DNA of 64,000 nucleotides from Owenia fusiformis (Eukaryota): NCBI GenBank assembly GCA_903813345.2, contig CAIIXF020000001.1, positions 28,396,001 to 28,460,000 of the forward strand, read 5' to 3'. Shown piece by piece: positions 23,501 to 35,656 of this stretch (position 1 is its first letter; each line of letters starts with the position of its first letter). The notes under the pieces were generated by a model. It saw only the letters and a program-made list of their open reading frames with translations, ran no database searches and was not told where the DNA came from. The position numbers and the translations under genes were made by a program.

Positions 23501-26500
23501 GCTAGTGCAGTTGCAAGAGCAGAGACAGACATAACAAGGTCGAGTGCTTCAAATGTATTAATATCAGCATATTCATTTCTGAGTTCTGTAGATTGGTGAA
23601 AGTAGTCCACAGCTTTAGAATAGTGGCCCTGTTTTAGATGAACAGTGCCAATATTGTAAAATATCCTAGCCTTTAGCAGATGAAAGGCAGAAAGTGGGGA
23701 ATCAGTCATGCATTCTAGTGCTTTGTCATAGTTAATAAGAGCTGCATTGTAATCTCCATTGTTGTTGTAACTGTATCCCAGATTGTTGTATGAAGGGGAC
23801 AGCAGTTTGAAGTGGTCTTTAATCTGCATTGGAGAGGCAAGTGTTATTTCTATTGCTTCTTTGAAGTACTCTATGGCTTGTTCATTTTCATATGCTTTGA
23901 GGTATGCAAACCCAATGAGATTCAAATAGTCTGCTTCTGCAGCCATATCATCCTTGATGTTGTTAATTCTTTTGAGATGCTTGTGCATATCATAGCTCTC
24001 AATTGCCATTTGTTTACCCCTTTGAATGTTCCCCATTTGCAGGTACACATGTGCCAGTAGATAAAGGTTTTCTTTGATGACAACATTTGGAACATTACCA
24101 AACATTCTGTATCTCATCATCAAAGCTTTTTGTAGGTATTTTAAACCAGTTTTTGAGTCTTTCTTTTCACCAGCAATACTATTTCCTAAATTGTTATAGG
24201 CTACGGCCAATGTAGTGCTGTCTTTTCCTTCCATAACACCTATTGCTTTCTGATTGAGTTCTATAGATTTATCAAGATTTCCCATTCCTTTGTAAGAGTA
24301 GGCAAGTGATAGAAGAAGGACACCAAGGTCCATTGGATATAAGTCAATGTTATCAAGTATTTCCTGAAAAAGTCTATGGGCTTTTTCATAATCACCATGT
24401 CTCCAAAGATTAGCACGTCCAAGTTGAAACTTCAATTGAAGGATAAATGATATGTCCACATTGTTTTTCTCAGCTAATTCAATTGCACTTTCACAAATTG
24501 AACATGCTTTTTCATTTTCATACCTTGAGCAATACACAGCAGAGAGATAAGACAGTGCAAGCACATCATTTGGTGTTTCTTCCAGCACTTTTTCAAAGCA
24601 TGCTATAGCATCTGTATATCTAAGCAGCCGCATATTAACAGTACCTTCATTCATTGCATTGTCCTCAAAACAGTTTCCCTTCACTTTGTTTGTCAGTGTA
24701 AATGTTCTCATGATTGTTTCCAATGGTATAGCTGATTTATAGTACCTTGTTATAATATCTGTATTGTCCATGTAAAATGTAGCAGCGTCATCAGTCATGG
24801 AAGCTCCTGCTTCAGCAGTTGATTTGAACCTTTCTCTAACTGCGATGTTGTCACGCTGTGCTTTAATTGTACAATATGTTTGTAGTCTTAGTTGGTTGCC
24901 TATTGCCCATAGGACCATTAGGTTGTGTGCAATATCTCTTGATAATACCCCCATGGACTCCAGTTCAGATATGATCTCCCATGGAGGCTTGCTCACTACC
25001 CCAAAGTACATCCCAAGGTTCATAATCATTAAGCTTGGGAATCTGAAAATTTCCCTCTTCACATGGAATATACTCCCCTCACTTCTTACTCCCAGAAAAG
25101 GTGTTCCATATTTCACATTGTCCTCTTTTATTGTCTTAATTGCCCTCTTTTGTCCAGTGTTGCCAATCTTTAATGATTTCTTCAATTGGATGATGTAATC
25201 ATCGTACAAGGTCTTATCTCCCATTATGAATGTTGCTGAGGTGAGCACTTCTGCCAAACCATCGGGGCCAAATGAGTTAAGGTTCTGTATGTTCGCCATC
25301 TTTGATGGGGTCTGGATAAGTTCATTTCCCCCCAGACCTCTCGGAAACTTACATGCTTTTGGCATATCAGCATCAAATGAGAATCCTCGTGGTGTAATTG
25401 AATCAAAGAACCAGTTTTCTCCACCTTCGGAATAGTCATTTAGAGACTTAACACCCATTGCTGGAACTATTGTCTCTCCAAGGTTAATGACTTTGAGTTC
25501 GAAGAAGTCACATAAAGCAGCGAGTTTTGCTTTATTTTGTGGTGTATCTGAACCCTCTCCAATGAGAGCAGCGAATTCAATATCAGAGTATGGCGTCATC
25601 TCATGACGTGAGAATGAACCAAGGCCAATAAAAGCCCATGGGAAGGTCATTGGTTTCATATTTTTCAAACAATCATTCACCATTTTTTGTATCATTGACT
25701 TCATTCTTTCAACGAGTGTAGTTGCGATACATATAACCTTTTTAGTATGTTCAGACTCAGCAGTGATTCTCTCAGTTATTGATATACCAGCTTTAGCATC
25801 ATAAGGTCCAGTTTCGCTTATATCATTAAGCATTTTCTCTGTGTTTGTTCTTATTTCATCAAGCGTTGATTTATAGATCTGTGTTTCCTCTTCTGAATAA
25901 TCATTAGATCCATCTTTTAAATTTCCCAAGAGTTCCAACATAACACATTCAATGTTTGCGATTTTTGTTGTCAAAACATTCACCTGTAAATCATCTGAGT
26001 TCAGCCTTACTTTTGCGCCATTATACAGAGCACATGCTTTCAACAGGCAGACTCTATCGTTTTGATGTTTTGCATATTCCAAATAGACATCTCCTAGGGC
26101 TTCAAGACATATACATGTCTCTTTCTTATCACTGGCAAGTTTTAATGCGAGCGCATATTCTTCTTCAGCCTTCTTGAATCTGTTCTGGTCATATTCTCTT
26201 TGACCTCTTGCATAGCGATCAGCAAATGTCAGTCTGAAATGTCAATGAATTTTTTATTATTTCCAGAAATATTTTCAGAGGAGCAATATTCTTTTTTCCA
26301 ACAAAAACTATCATTATAATAAAACTTTGATTTTTGTTTTATCTTGCAAAGTTTCCCTTTATATGTAACTTATATTGGTAAATTGAACTCATAATTGATA
26401 TCAGCCCCCTTAATGCAGTGATTCAGGCATCAGCCACTCTGGAAAGAATGTTGATGTCTGAAGCAGTGTATTCTTAGGATGGGATATACCATCCTATTGG

Positions 26501-29500
26501 TTTCATTCCCCAATCTCAAGACGACCAAATAGAGATGCATCAACGTTTCAGTTGGGTTGTGTGTCAGTGAAACTTTTTGATTGAGCAATTAGAATACCAC
26601 AATATCACATGGAAAAATACATCATACAAAAGAGTATCTTGGATGGCTTGCAGTTTGGCTAATAAAATGTGTGGCCTCTTGTATTTTGATGCTTTTCTGA
26701 CATGTAGTTTTCAAAAGAATTAACCCATACGATAGTGAACTGTTGTCTTTTGTTTGATTTTTTAGGTTTTATTGACACACAGCTCCATTGAAATGGACTA
26801 TAGTTTATTAATTGTATTATAAACAATTCACTTTCAGTTTAAGGTACAGCTGGAAAATAACATTTTGGTAAAAAATTGCTATACCTGCACATGTTATTTT
26901 CTGGTACACTATAAAGTATGAAGGCATGTGTTAATTTCCTTGTTTTTTCAGGAAAGTATCATTACATTGTCTTTTTTTAGTATATCTGTAGACTATATAT
27001 CCTCTAGTCTGAAATTTTTTTGAATTTTTGAATGAAATTATTCAGACTATAGCCTACATATGTTAAAATTTGTCATTGAAAATTATTTGTTTACATAGGA
27101 AGTGCCATTCAAAATGGCCGACTGGGTAAATTAATTTGCATATTTGTTACTTCCCCTAGCTTTATTTCCATTTGACAATATGCTGGGTTACTTTTTATAG
27201 CATTTAATTGTACCTTACTACTTAATTGAATTGTTATAATGCTTATTTTTGGGAAGTGAAGTTCCCTAAAATTGATTATAGTTTGCAGGAAATGTCCTGT
27301 TTTTTTTACCACAGGAGGGACATAATGATTAATAGACTGAATTCTCAGGAAATTCAGTCTATTGGATATAGACTAAGTATATCTGGTAAGAGGTCGATGG
27401 GAACTCCAGGAAATTCTGATATTTCACATTTTCTAGTTTTCCAAATTTTCTTTCAAAGTTTCCAGACAACACAGGAGCTACCATTGACCTGTTTCCAGGT
27501 TTACTAAAAGTAGACAATGTAATGATACTTTCCTGAAAAAGGCAAGGGAATATACACAATGCCTCCATACTAAATTTTGTACCAGAAAATAACATGTGCA
27601 GGTATTGCAATTTTTTACCAAAATGTTACTTTCCAGCTGAACCTTAAAATTGACTGGAATATGATTTATAGATATATAAAATACCACATACCCTTGCTGC
27701 AAGAATGCTATAACCTGTAACTTTACTTTACATGTATGATAAAGTATTGTACATGTTTATACTGTACTTACACATCCATCTTTGTGCCTTCACTAACTGT
27801 GTCACTTCTGACTCTAAGAATATCTTCCTTTATGTCAACTTCTGCTCCTGCAGTCAAATGTATCAGTGTCCGCAATTTATTCCCCATTTCTCTTCGTGAA
27901 TTTTATGAATCACAGTCAAAAGTCCCTGGAGAACATTGGATCTATAAAACTTCATGACTAGAAGCTTCTCGATCTTGAATCTGCACAAAACTGATTGTAT
28001 TGGTTGTGTATAGCAGTATTGAAGCTGTAGTAGTTGAATCGTATGCCTGCTCTATTTATATATGTGAATAATAAAGTTGAATGTTTGTAAATGGATTATT
28101 TTACAGTTCAATAGAGTCATATTACTGCAAGTGTTTACTGTTTTCTATGTGACCTGTTTAGTACACCAGGATGTCATTCTGCATGTCATCTTGGCTATTT
28201 CATGTTTTTCAGGGCCCAGTTGTTCAGAACCACTATTAACTTAATTGCAATTAACTTAATTTTTGGTCTAATTGCAATTACGTAGTTAATTTCAATATTA
28301 AATTCTGTTGTTGAAAGCATTTTAATTTCGAAATTAACTAATTGTTCACTATTAAGCTAATAGTGGTTCTGAACAACTGGGCTCAGCACAAAAGTACTGT
28401 CCTCGCATTTTTAAAAAAAAATTCTTGGTGATTCAGTGACAGCATTTTGGTCTTTTATGTTTCAGAAATTCTAAATCTTTTAATATTGATCTCTGACTGA
28501 GCCTTTGATTTAAAATCACTTGTTTTGAAGGAATATGTCTCATTATTGCTATTTCATATGTATGAGTATATGTCTATAGTTCGTCAAGCGGATAACTGCA
28601 AGTTTGATCATCATGGCCAATAATGTGGTAAGTCCGCCGGAGCAGATCAACTGCAATTGATAATAAAAACGTTTTGCTGGATATAAATCCTATATAAATA
28701 CAAGCGACTGTAACGTATTTTGTTAAGTTCAGACGGCTTGATGACAATAAGGCCTTCTTTATTTGAAGCTTAATACCATATGATTTTTCAATGTTTTTTA
28801 TTATGTAATTTATTTGCTAAGCATATCATGACATTAACATGAACATGGAGAGCAAGTAAACTGGAACGATAACAATTTGAATTCTATACAATCTCCAAGA
28901 TGAGTGGAGTAAATTTGAAAAAACAAAATCGTTTTTGCAATGATTGATTTTTCTTTGAAAAAGTGATGGGTAATAAATACTGAACAAATGAAAGAATGAA
29001 TAAATTTGAACAAATATGCTTGTGTTTATAAATGATATACGCTTTTAAATAATTCATTTCACAACGTTTTTAATTATTTAACACAATTAGTTTCGGGGAC
29101 TTCCCAGCCCCAGGGACGTCCCAATAAATATTTTAAATTTTTATTGAAATAAAACAAAATAGAGATGTACACATTTGAAAGAACATGTGTTTTATCAATA
29201 TTACGACGATTCCAGATATTTATTCGTCAATGTTGTAAAAATCATTCGGACGTCTGCATTGTTTACAATAACTTTCAATAACTTTGTATTGGACCAGAAC
29301 TGGCTTAAAAAATCCCACAAAGGACTGATTTAGCCATTGCCTAAGATGGGTTATTTTGTCCGAGAAGAATCAGCTTTTAAGTTTATTGTGCGAAATTATT
29401 GTTATTTCTAAATGTAAAATCTCATGCTCTGGGGTCTTCCGACAATTAAATCTCATCCCGTGCCTAAGGTTGCCAAACGTTTTGAGGGAAGTGTAACTTC

Positions 29501-32500
29501 ATGATGACATGTTTTTAACAAAATAAGCCTCTCGTGTTCACCATAACAAATATCAATTCATTTACTGCTCATATATGTAGTTTTCAAATAGCACAGTAAT
29601 TTAATGTTTCTGGTTGAGGCATTTTTCCGCAAAATGATATTTTGGAAAATCCTGACCGGGGGTTCGTTCGAACCCACCGAACCCCCGCTGCCTACGGCTA
29701 TGCTTATGAATATACTTAGTTTTCACTCAACTGCTTGAAACTTGAAATAATGAAATTGATGGGGCAATGCATTTAATCTAAAAGTAACCATGCAATATGT
29801 TGAAGGATTTAAGCCCTGGACTCAGTGCGATGCGGAATGACCATTCTCTGAAGGTTGCTTTCCAAAGTATCAGCTTCAATGTGTAGAGTCCAGTCATCAC
29901 CATGACAACCGTTTAACTAGTGACCTTGAGTTCGATATTGGTTATATAACAGAATGCAGTTACATGAAATAGCGTGTTCTGATTGGCTGGTTTTGGACAC
30001 ACCTTGCCTAATTAACTGTGTGAATGTAATTTTAAGAATGCAGATTATTTGAAATACCATGTTGTGATTGACTGGAATTTGATCATTGAGTTTTATTATC
30101 CCATTGAACGAAGTTCGGAGGGATATAGGGAACGCCTCCGTCCGTCCGTCCGTACGTCCGTCCGTCTGTACGTACGTCCGTCCGTCTGTCCGTCCGTCCG
30201 GGCAATAACTCAAATACCGTTGGCCCGATTTTGTTCATATTTTGTACACATATACCCTATGGGAGTAGAAGTTCTGCTCGAAAGCTGATTTTCAAAATGG
30301 CCGCTCATTTCAAAATGGCGGCCATTTTAGTGCTGATTTTACAGTAATTTAGGTGCAATATGTAAAACTGTAATAGCAATATGTTTTAAATGTAAAAAAA
30401 TTATAAAGGATATAAATAATGCTACAAATGTAGATATTAAAGAAGCACATGGCAGCCATCTTGAAAAATGGCGGCCTTTAATCGTCATTTTACGATTTTT
30501 GCTGTAACTCAAAAAATAGTGGAGCGATTTTGTTCATATTTGGTATGTGAATACTGTAAGCATTGCACACTGCCTAAAGACACTTTTGGTAGAAGGCGGC
30601 CATTTTGAAATTTTTTTTGAAAAATGGCCGCCATTTTAAAGTATTTTACTATAACTCGAAAAGTAGTGGAGCGATTTTGTTCATATTTGGTATGTGAATA
30701 CTATAAGCATGGCACACTGTCCTATGACACTTTTGGTAGAAGGCGGCCATTTTGAAAAAAAATTTGAAAAATGGCCGCCATTTTAACGTATTTTACTATA
30801 ACTCGAAAAGTAGTGGAGCGATTTTGTTCATATTTGGTATGTGAATACTATAAGCATGGCACACTGTCTATTTCTAATGACACTTTTGGTAGAAGGTGGC
30901 CATTTTGAAAAATGGCCGCCATTTTAACATATTTTCTATAACCAGAAAAGTAGTGGAGAGATTTTGTTCATATTTGATATGTGAATACTTTAAGCATGGC
31001 ACATTGTCTAATAAAACTTTTGGGAGTTGTCGGCAATTTTGAAAAATGGCCACCATTTTTATGTGTGTTATTTTACAAGTACGTGTGTGATTTTTCAAAA
31101 ATTTTAGAGGTGGCTTCTTAAAAGCATATTATTTCTTCTGATGACAACTTGGCAAGTAAGCAACCATTTTGAAAATGGTGGCCTTTCTGGTGTGTTGTTT
31201 TATGATATATGCTATTCGTTTGTAAAAATGCCAGCCATTTCTGTTCGATGGGATTCGCTACGCTTTGGCGTTGCCGTTGTTCTGGTTTTCGTTAATGCTA
31301 TGCTAAATATAACTTATTGTTTTCCAGCATAAAATGATTGCTCCACGCTATCAAGAAATGAAACCAGAAGAAATGGCATCAGTAGAAAATGAAGAAAATA
31401 AATATACTGTCAAAATTATATCTGGCACAGTAAATGGTTAGTAATGAAATTTTCCAATAAAATAATTGTACTTTTTATTTATTTTTTATTTTTGAGATTT
31501 GATGCCTCATATACATTATGGTTAAAAAGTGTCTTGTTATTATCTATAAACTATATGTCACCACAGCATCAGGTGTCTCTGACAAATTGTTCCACTTGTA
31601 ATTGCAACAAATAAGTGATACTTTGCCATTTTAATGTCTTATTCCAAATTCAAACAGCATCTTTATATTTACAGGTGTGTCTTCAAAAATCAACACATTA
31701 GTACCAATCACATTCCTAGATATTCATCTCCAGCCTGGTGGCCAGTTCACACACGACATACCTCCTGGTTTTAACAGTATTGCATATGTATGGAGAGGCT
31801 CAGGTAAATAGTAACATGACATACATCCTAGATTTAACAGTATTGCATATGTATGGAGAGGCTCAGGTAAATAGTAACATGACATACATCCTAGCTTTAA
31901 CAGTATTGCATATGTATGGAGAGGTTCAGGTAAATAGTAACATGACATACATCCTAGCTTTAACAGTATTGCATATGTATGGAGAGGCTCAGGTAAATAG
32001 TAACATGACATACATCCTGGCTTTAACAGTATTGCATATGTATGGAGAGGCTCAGGTAAATAGTAACATGACATACATCCTGGCTTTAACAGAATTGCAT
32101 ATGCATGGAGAGGCTCAGGTAAATAGTAACATGACATACATCCTGGCTTTAACAGTATTGCATATGCATGGAGAGGCTCAGGTAAATAGTAACATGACAT
32201 ACATCCTGGCTTTAACAGTATTGCATATGTATGGAGAGGTTCAGGTAAATAGTAACATGACATACATCCTAGCTTTAACAGTATTGCATATGTATGGAGA
32301 GGCTCAGGTAAATAGTAACATGACATACATCCTGGCTTTAACAGTATTGCATATGCATGGAGAGGCTCAGGTAAATAGTAACATGACATACATCCTGGCT
32401 TTAACAGTATTGCATATGCATGGAGAGGCTCAGGTAAATAGTAACATGACATACATCCTGGCTTTAACAGTATTGCATATGCATGGAGAGGCTCAGGTAA

Positions 32501-35500
32501 ATAGTAACATGACATACATCCTGGCTTTAACAGTATTGCATATGCATGGAGAGGCTCAGGTAAATAGTAACATGACATACATCCTAGCTTTAACAGTATT
32601 GCATATGCATGGAGAGGCTCAGGTAAATAGTAACATGATATACATCCTGGCTTTAACAGTATTGCATATGCATGGAGAGGCTCAGGTAAATAGTAACATG
32701 ACATACATCCTAGCTTTAACAGTATTGCATATGCATGGAGAGGCTCAGGTAAATAGTAACATGATATACATCCTGGCTTTAACAGTATTGCATATGCATG
32801 GAGAGGCTCAGGTAAATAGTAACATGATATACATCCTAGCTTTAACAGTATTGCATATGCATGGAGAGGCTCAGGTAAATAGTAACATGACATACATCCT
32901 GGCTTTAACAGTATTGCATATGTATGGAGAGGTTCAGGTAAATAGTAACATGACATACATCCTAGCTTTAACAGTATTGCATATGTATGGAGAGGCTCAG
33001 GTAAATAGTAACATGACATACATCCTGGCTTTAACAGTATTGCATATGCATGGAGAGGCTCAGGTAAATAGTAACATGACATACATCCTGGCTTTAACAG
33101 TATTGCATATGCATGGAGAGGCTCAGGTAAATAGTAACATGACATACATCCTGGCTTTAACAGTATTGCATATGCATGGAGAGGCTCAGGTAAATAGTAA
33201 CATGATATACATCCTGGCTTTAACAGTATTGCATATGCATGGAGAGGCTCAGGTAAATAGTAACATGATATACATCCTGGCTTTAACAGTATTGCATATG
33301 TATGGAGAGGTTCAGGTAAATAGTAACATGACATACATCCTAGCTTTAACAGTATTGCATATGTATGGAGAGGCTCAGGTAAATAGTAACATGACATACA
33401 TCCTGGCTTTAACAGTATTGCATATGTATGGAGAGGCTCAGGTAAATAGTAACATGACATACATCCTGGCTTTAACAGTATTGCATATGTATGGAGAGGT
33501 TCAGGTAAATAGTAACATGAGATACATCCTGGCTTTAACAGTATTGCATATGTATGGAGAGGCTCAGGTAAATAGTAACATGACATACATCCTGGCTTTA
33601 ACAGTATTGCATATGCATGGAGAGGCTCAGGTAAATAGTAACATGATATACATCCTGGCTTTAACAGTATTGCATATGTATGGAGAGGCTCAGGTAAATA
33701 GTAACATGACATACATCCTGGCTTTAACAGTATTGCATATGTATGGAGAGGCTCAGGTAAATAGTAACATGACATACATCCTGGCTTTAACAGTATTGCA
33801 TATGTATGGAGAGGTTCAGGTAAATAGTAACATGAGATACATCCTGGCTTTAACAGTATTGCATATGTATGGAGAGGCTCATGTAAATAGTAACATGACA
33901 TACCTCCTGGCTTTAACAGTATTGCATATGCATGGAGAGGCTCAGGTAAATAGTAACATGACATACAATCTGGCTTTAACAGTATTGCATATGCATGGAG
34001 AGGCTCAGGTAAATAGTAACATGACATACATCCTGGCTTTAACAGTATTGCATATGCATGGAGAGGCTCAGGTAAATAGTAACATGACATACATCCTAGC
34101 TTTAACAGTATTGCATATGTATGGAGAGGCTCAGGTAAATAGTAACATGACATACATCCTGGCTTTAACAGTATTGCATATGCATGGAGAGGCTCAGGTA
34201 AATAGTAACATGACATACATCCTAGCTTTAACAGTATTGCATATGTATGGAGAGGTTCAGGTAAATAGTAACATGTCATACATTCTGCCTTAATAGTAAC
34301 TTGACATACCTTCAGATTATTCGCTATTGAAATTAAAATACAATCAATTTAATCAAACTAGTTCAAGGCAAAATTAATGTTGAATGCTATTTTGCCTGTT
34401 GATAATATCAGGCAATACCTTTATACTTGCAGGTGTTTTAGGTTCAATGCCTGCTCATATGGGGCAAGTGGGGCTGCTTAGTGAAAAGGGAACTGCATTT
34501 ACAATGAAGGCAACAGATCAAGGTGAGAAAGTTTGGTGTTCTTTCATGAAATTTGTATAAGACCAGCCTTCCAAAATTGGTCAAAGACCTATGTACTGTA
34601 TTATGAAAGCTCTACGATATAGAGCTTCAAGGACAGCTGCAAATTGAATGGCCACTTATGGACTCAAAGACCATTGATAGAATTGAACACTCAATAACTA
34701 CTGGTAGATTCAAGGACCATTGAGACTGTCAACAAGAAATACTGCTAGAGTCAAAAGACAATTGATGTACTCGTGAAGTACTGGTACTGTAGATATAAAT
34801 ACTGGTAGATTTAAAGACCACTAATACACTCAATGACCACTGAGAGACTTATTGAATTGAATGTACATGATTGTATAAGAATACAAATTGTATATTGAAA
34901 ACTTTATGGTCATCCCTCATACACCAAAAATATTCACTATTAGGAAATAGAAAAGAATTTTGGACAAAAACACCAGATAATGACTGAAATTGTTGAACAC
35001 CCAATAAATCCCTCCTTTAACTGTGTTTTAGATTGCCATATTCTACTGATTGCTGGTGAAATTATTAATGAACCAATTGTGAAGTATGGACCATTTGTGA
35101 TGAATACACAAGCTGAAATTGATCAGGTAGATGTCATATGGTTTGTTAAACTAAAATGAAACAGCAGGAGGGGGGGTAATCAATGTACTAGTGTAATGGT
35201 TATAGTTTCAGTAACTTTTGGAATACTTTCATAACGGGTGCAGTTTTTTTTTTTTTCGTGACATAATATTTCGATCAAATTCTACTTACACACACTCACT
35301 CACACTCACACAGATGTGTGATGTCATTGATTCAAAGTAGCCATGGGAATAAACCGTATTTAATACATCGGTTATGTCACTACAACATGAAATATGCCTT
35401 CGTTCTTGCCCAAATATAGAGCCTCCAAAGGTCGGCCTATATTGGCAGAACTCAGGCATATATCACATAGTGTCATAACCTCTAAGAATTAATGGCATTA

Positions 35501-35656
35501 AAATCTGTTGATAAAAAGTACTGACATTGGGTATTATTGTAGGCTGTAGCAGACTATCAAGCAGGACTACTAGGGTCTATTCCTGGCAAGGAGGAAAGAC
35601 TTCAACAGACAGAGATTGCACTGGCACGACAGAGAGAATCTGGTACATGGACCTAG
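17565..35656 (+). CDS. Pirin family protein (bicupin, Fe-binding), 309 aa
   Basis: Exons 17565-17697, 20637-20759, 21349-21485, 31328-31436, 31675-31803, 34433-34522, 35032-35126, 35543-35656; GT-AG, phases consistent, 930 nt. Motifs: [58 protein letters not shown]. Confidence 0.95.
18586..19311. mobile_element. Palindromic MITE (Kolobok-like AAAGG termini)
   Basis: AAAGGACTGGTATCGATATGGAGAACT vs AGTTCTCCATATCGATACCACTCCTTT; internal arms at ~18854-18930 and ~18980-19053 are also complementary. Confidence 0.75.
23098..27887 (-). CDS. Nucleotidyltransferase (GlnD/GlnE/DUF294-like) + helical substrate-binding domain + TPR-array protein, ~1083 aa, nested in pirin intron 3
   Basis: Exon 1 27887-27772 ([10 protein letters not shown]..., donor GTAAGT, phase 2) joins exon 2 26233-23098 (acceptor TTTCAG, 3136 nt open). 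Motif [20 protein letters not shown]. About 10-12 TPR-like units (e.g. [36 protein letters not shown]). Confidence 0.92.
26843..27643. mobile_element. TTAA-flanked MITE (Kolobok-like) in the intron of the nested gene
   Basis: TTAA|GGTACAGCTGG...CCAGCTGAACC|TTAA with ~140-bp imperfect inverted arms. Confidence 0.8.
28052..28062 (-). promoter_or_regulatory. TATA box of the nested NTase-TPR gene
   Basis: TATATAAATAG on the minus strand ~170 nt upstream of the ATG at 27887. Confidence 0.5.
28213..28383. mobile_element. PIF/Harbinger-like MITE
   Basis: TIR GGCCCAGTTGTTCAGAACCACTATTA / TAATAGTGGTTCTGAACAACTGGGCT; 3-bp TSD CAG. Confidence 0.8.
30095..31287 (+). mobile_element. Non-autonomous Helentron-like element (HINE/DINE-1 type) with internal ~147-bp tandem repeats
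   Basis: 5' subTIR ATCCCATTG with a nearby inverted copy, (CCGT)n microsatellite, ~4 tandem 140-147-bp units (30504, 30651, 30798, 30938), 3' subTIR CGATGGGAT plus terminal hairpin, T-rich flanks. Confidence 0.8.
31755..34296 (+). repeat. 63-bp tandem array, 40 copies, derived from the pirin exon 5 / intron 5 boundary
   Basis: Unit GACATACATCCTGGCTTTAACAGTATTGCATATG(T/C)ATGGAGAGGCTCAGGTAAATAGTAACAT; (34275-31755)/63 = 40; the first copy overlaps the coding exon. Confidence 0.98.

Noticed and set aside
31724-34293. Two 851-aa ORFs on opposite strands
   Set aside because: Artefact of a 63-bp (multiple of 3) tandem array. The biologically used frame is the pirin frame, which hits TAG in the unit.
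31755-34296. CRISPR-like array
   Set aside because: Units are contiguous with no unique spacers, there are no cas genes, and the context is eukaryotic.
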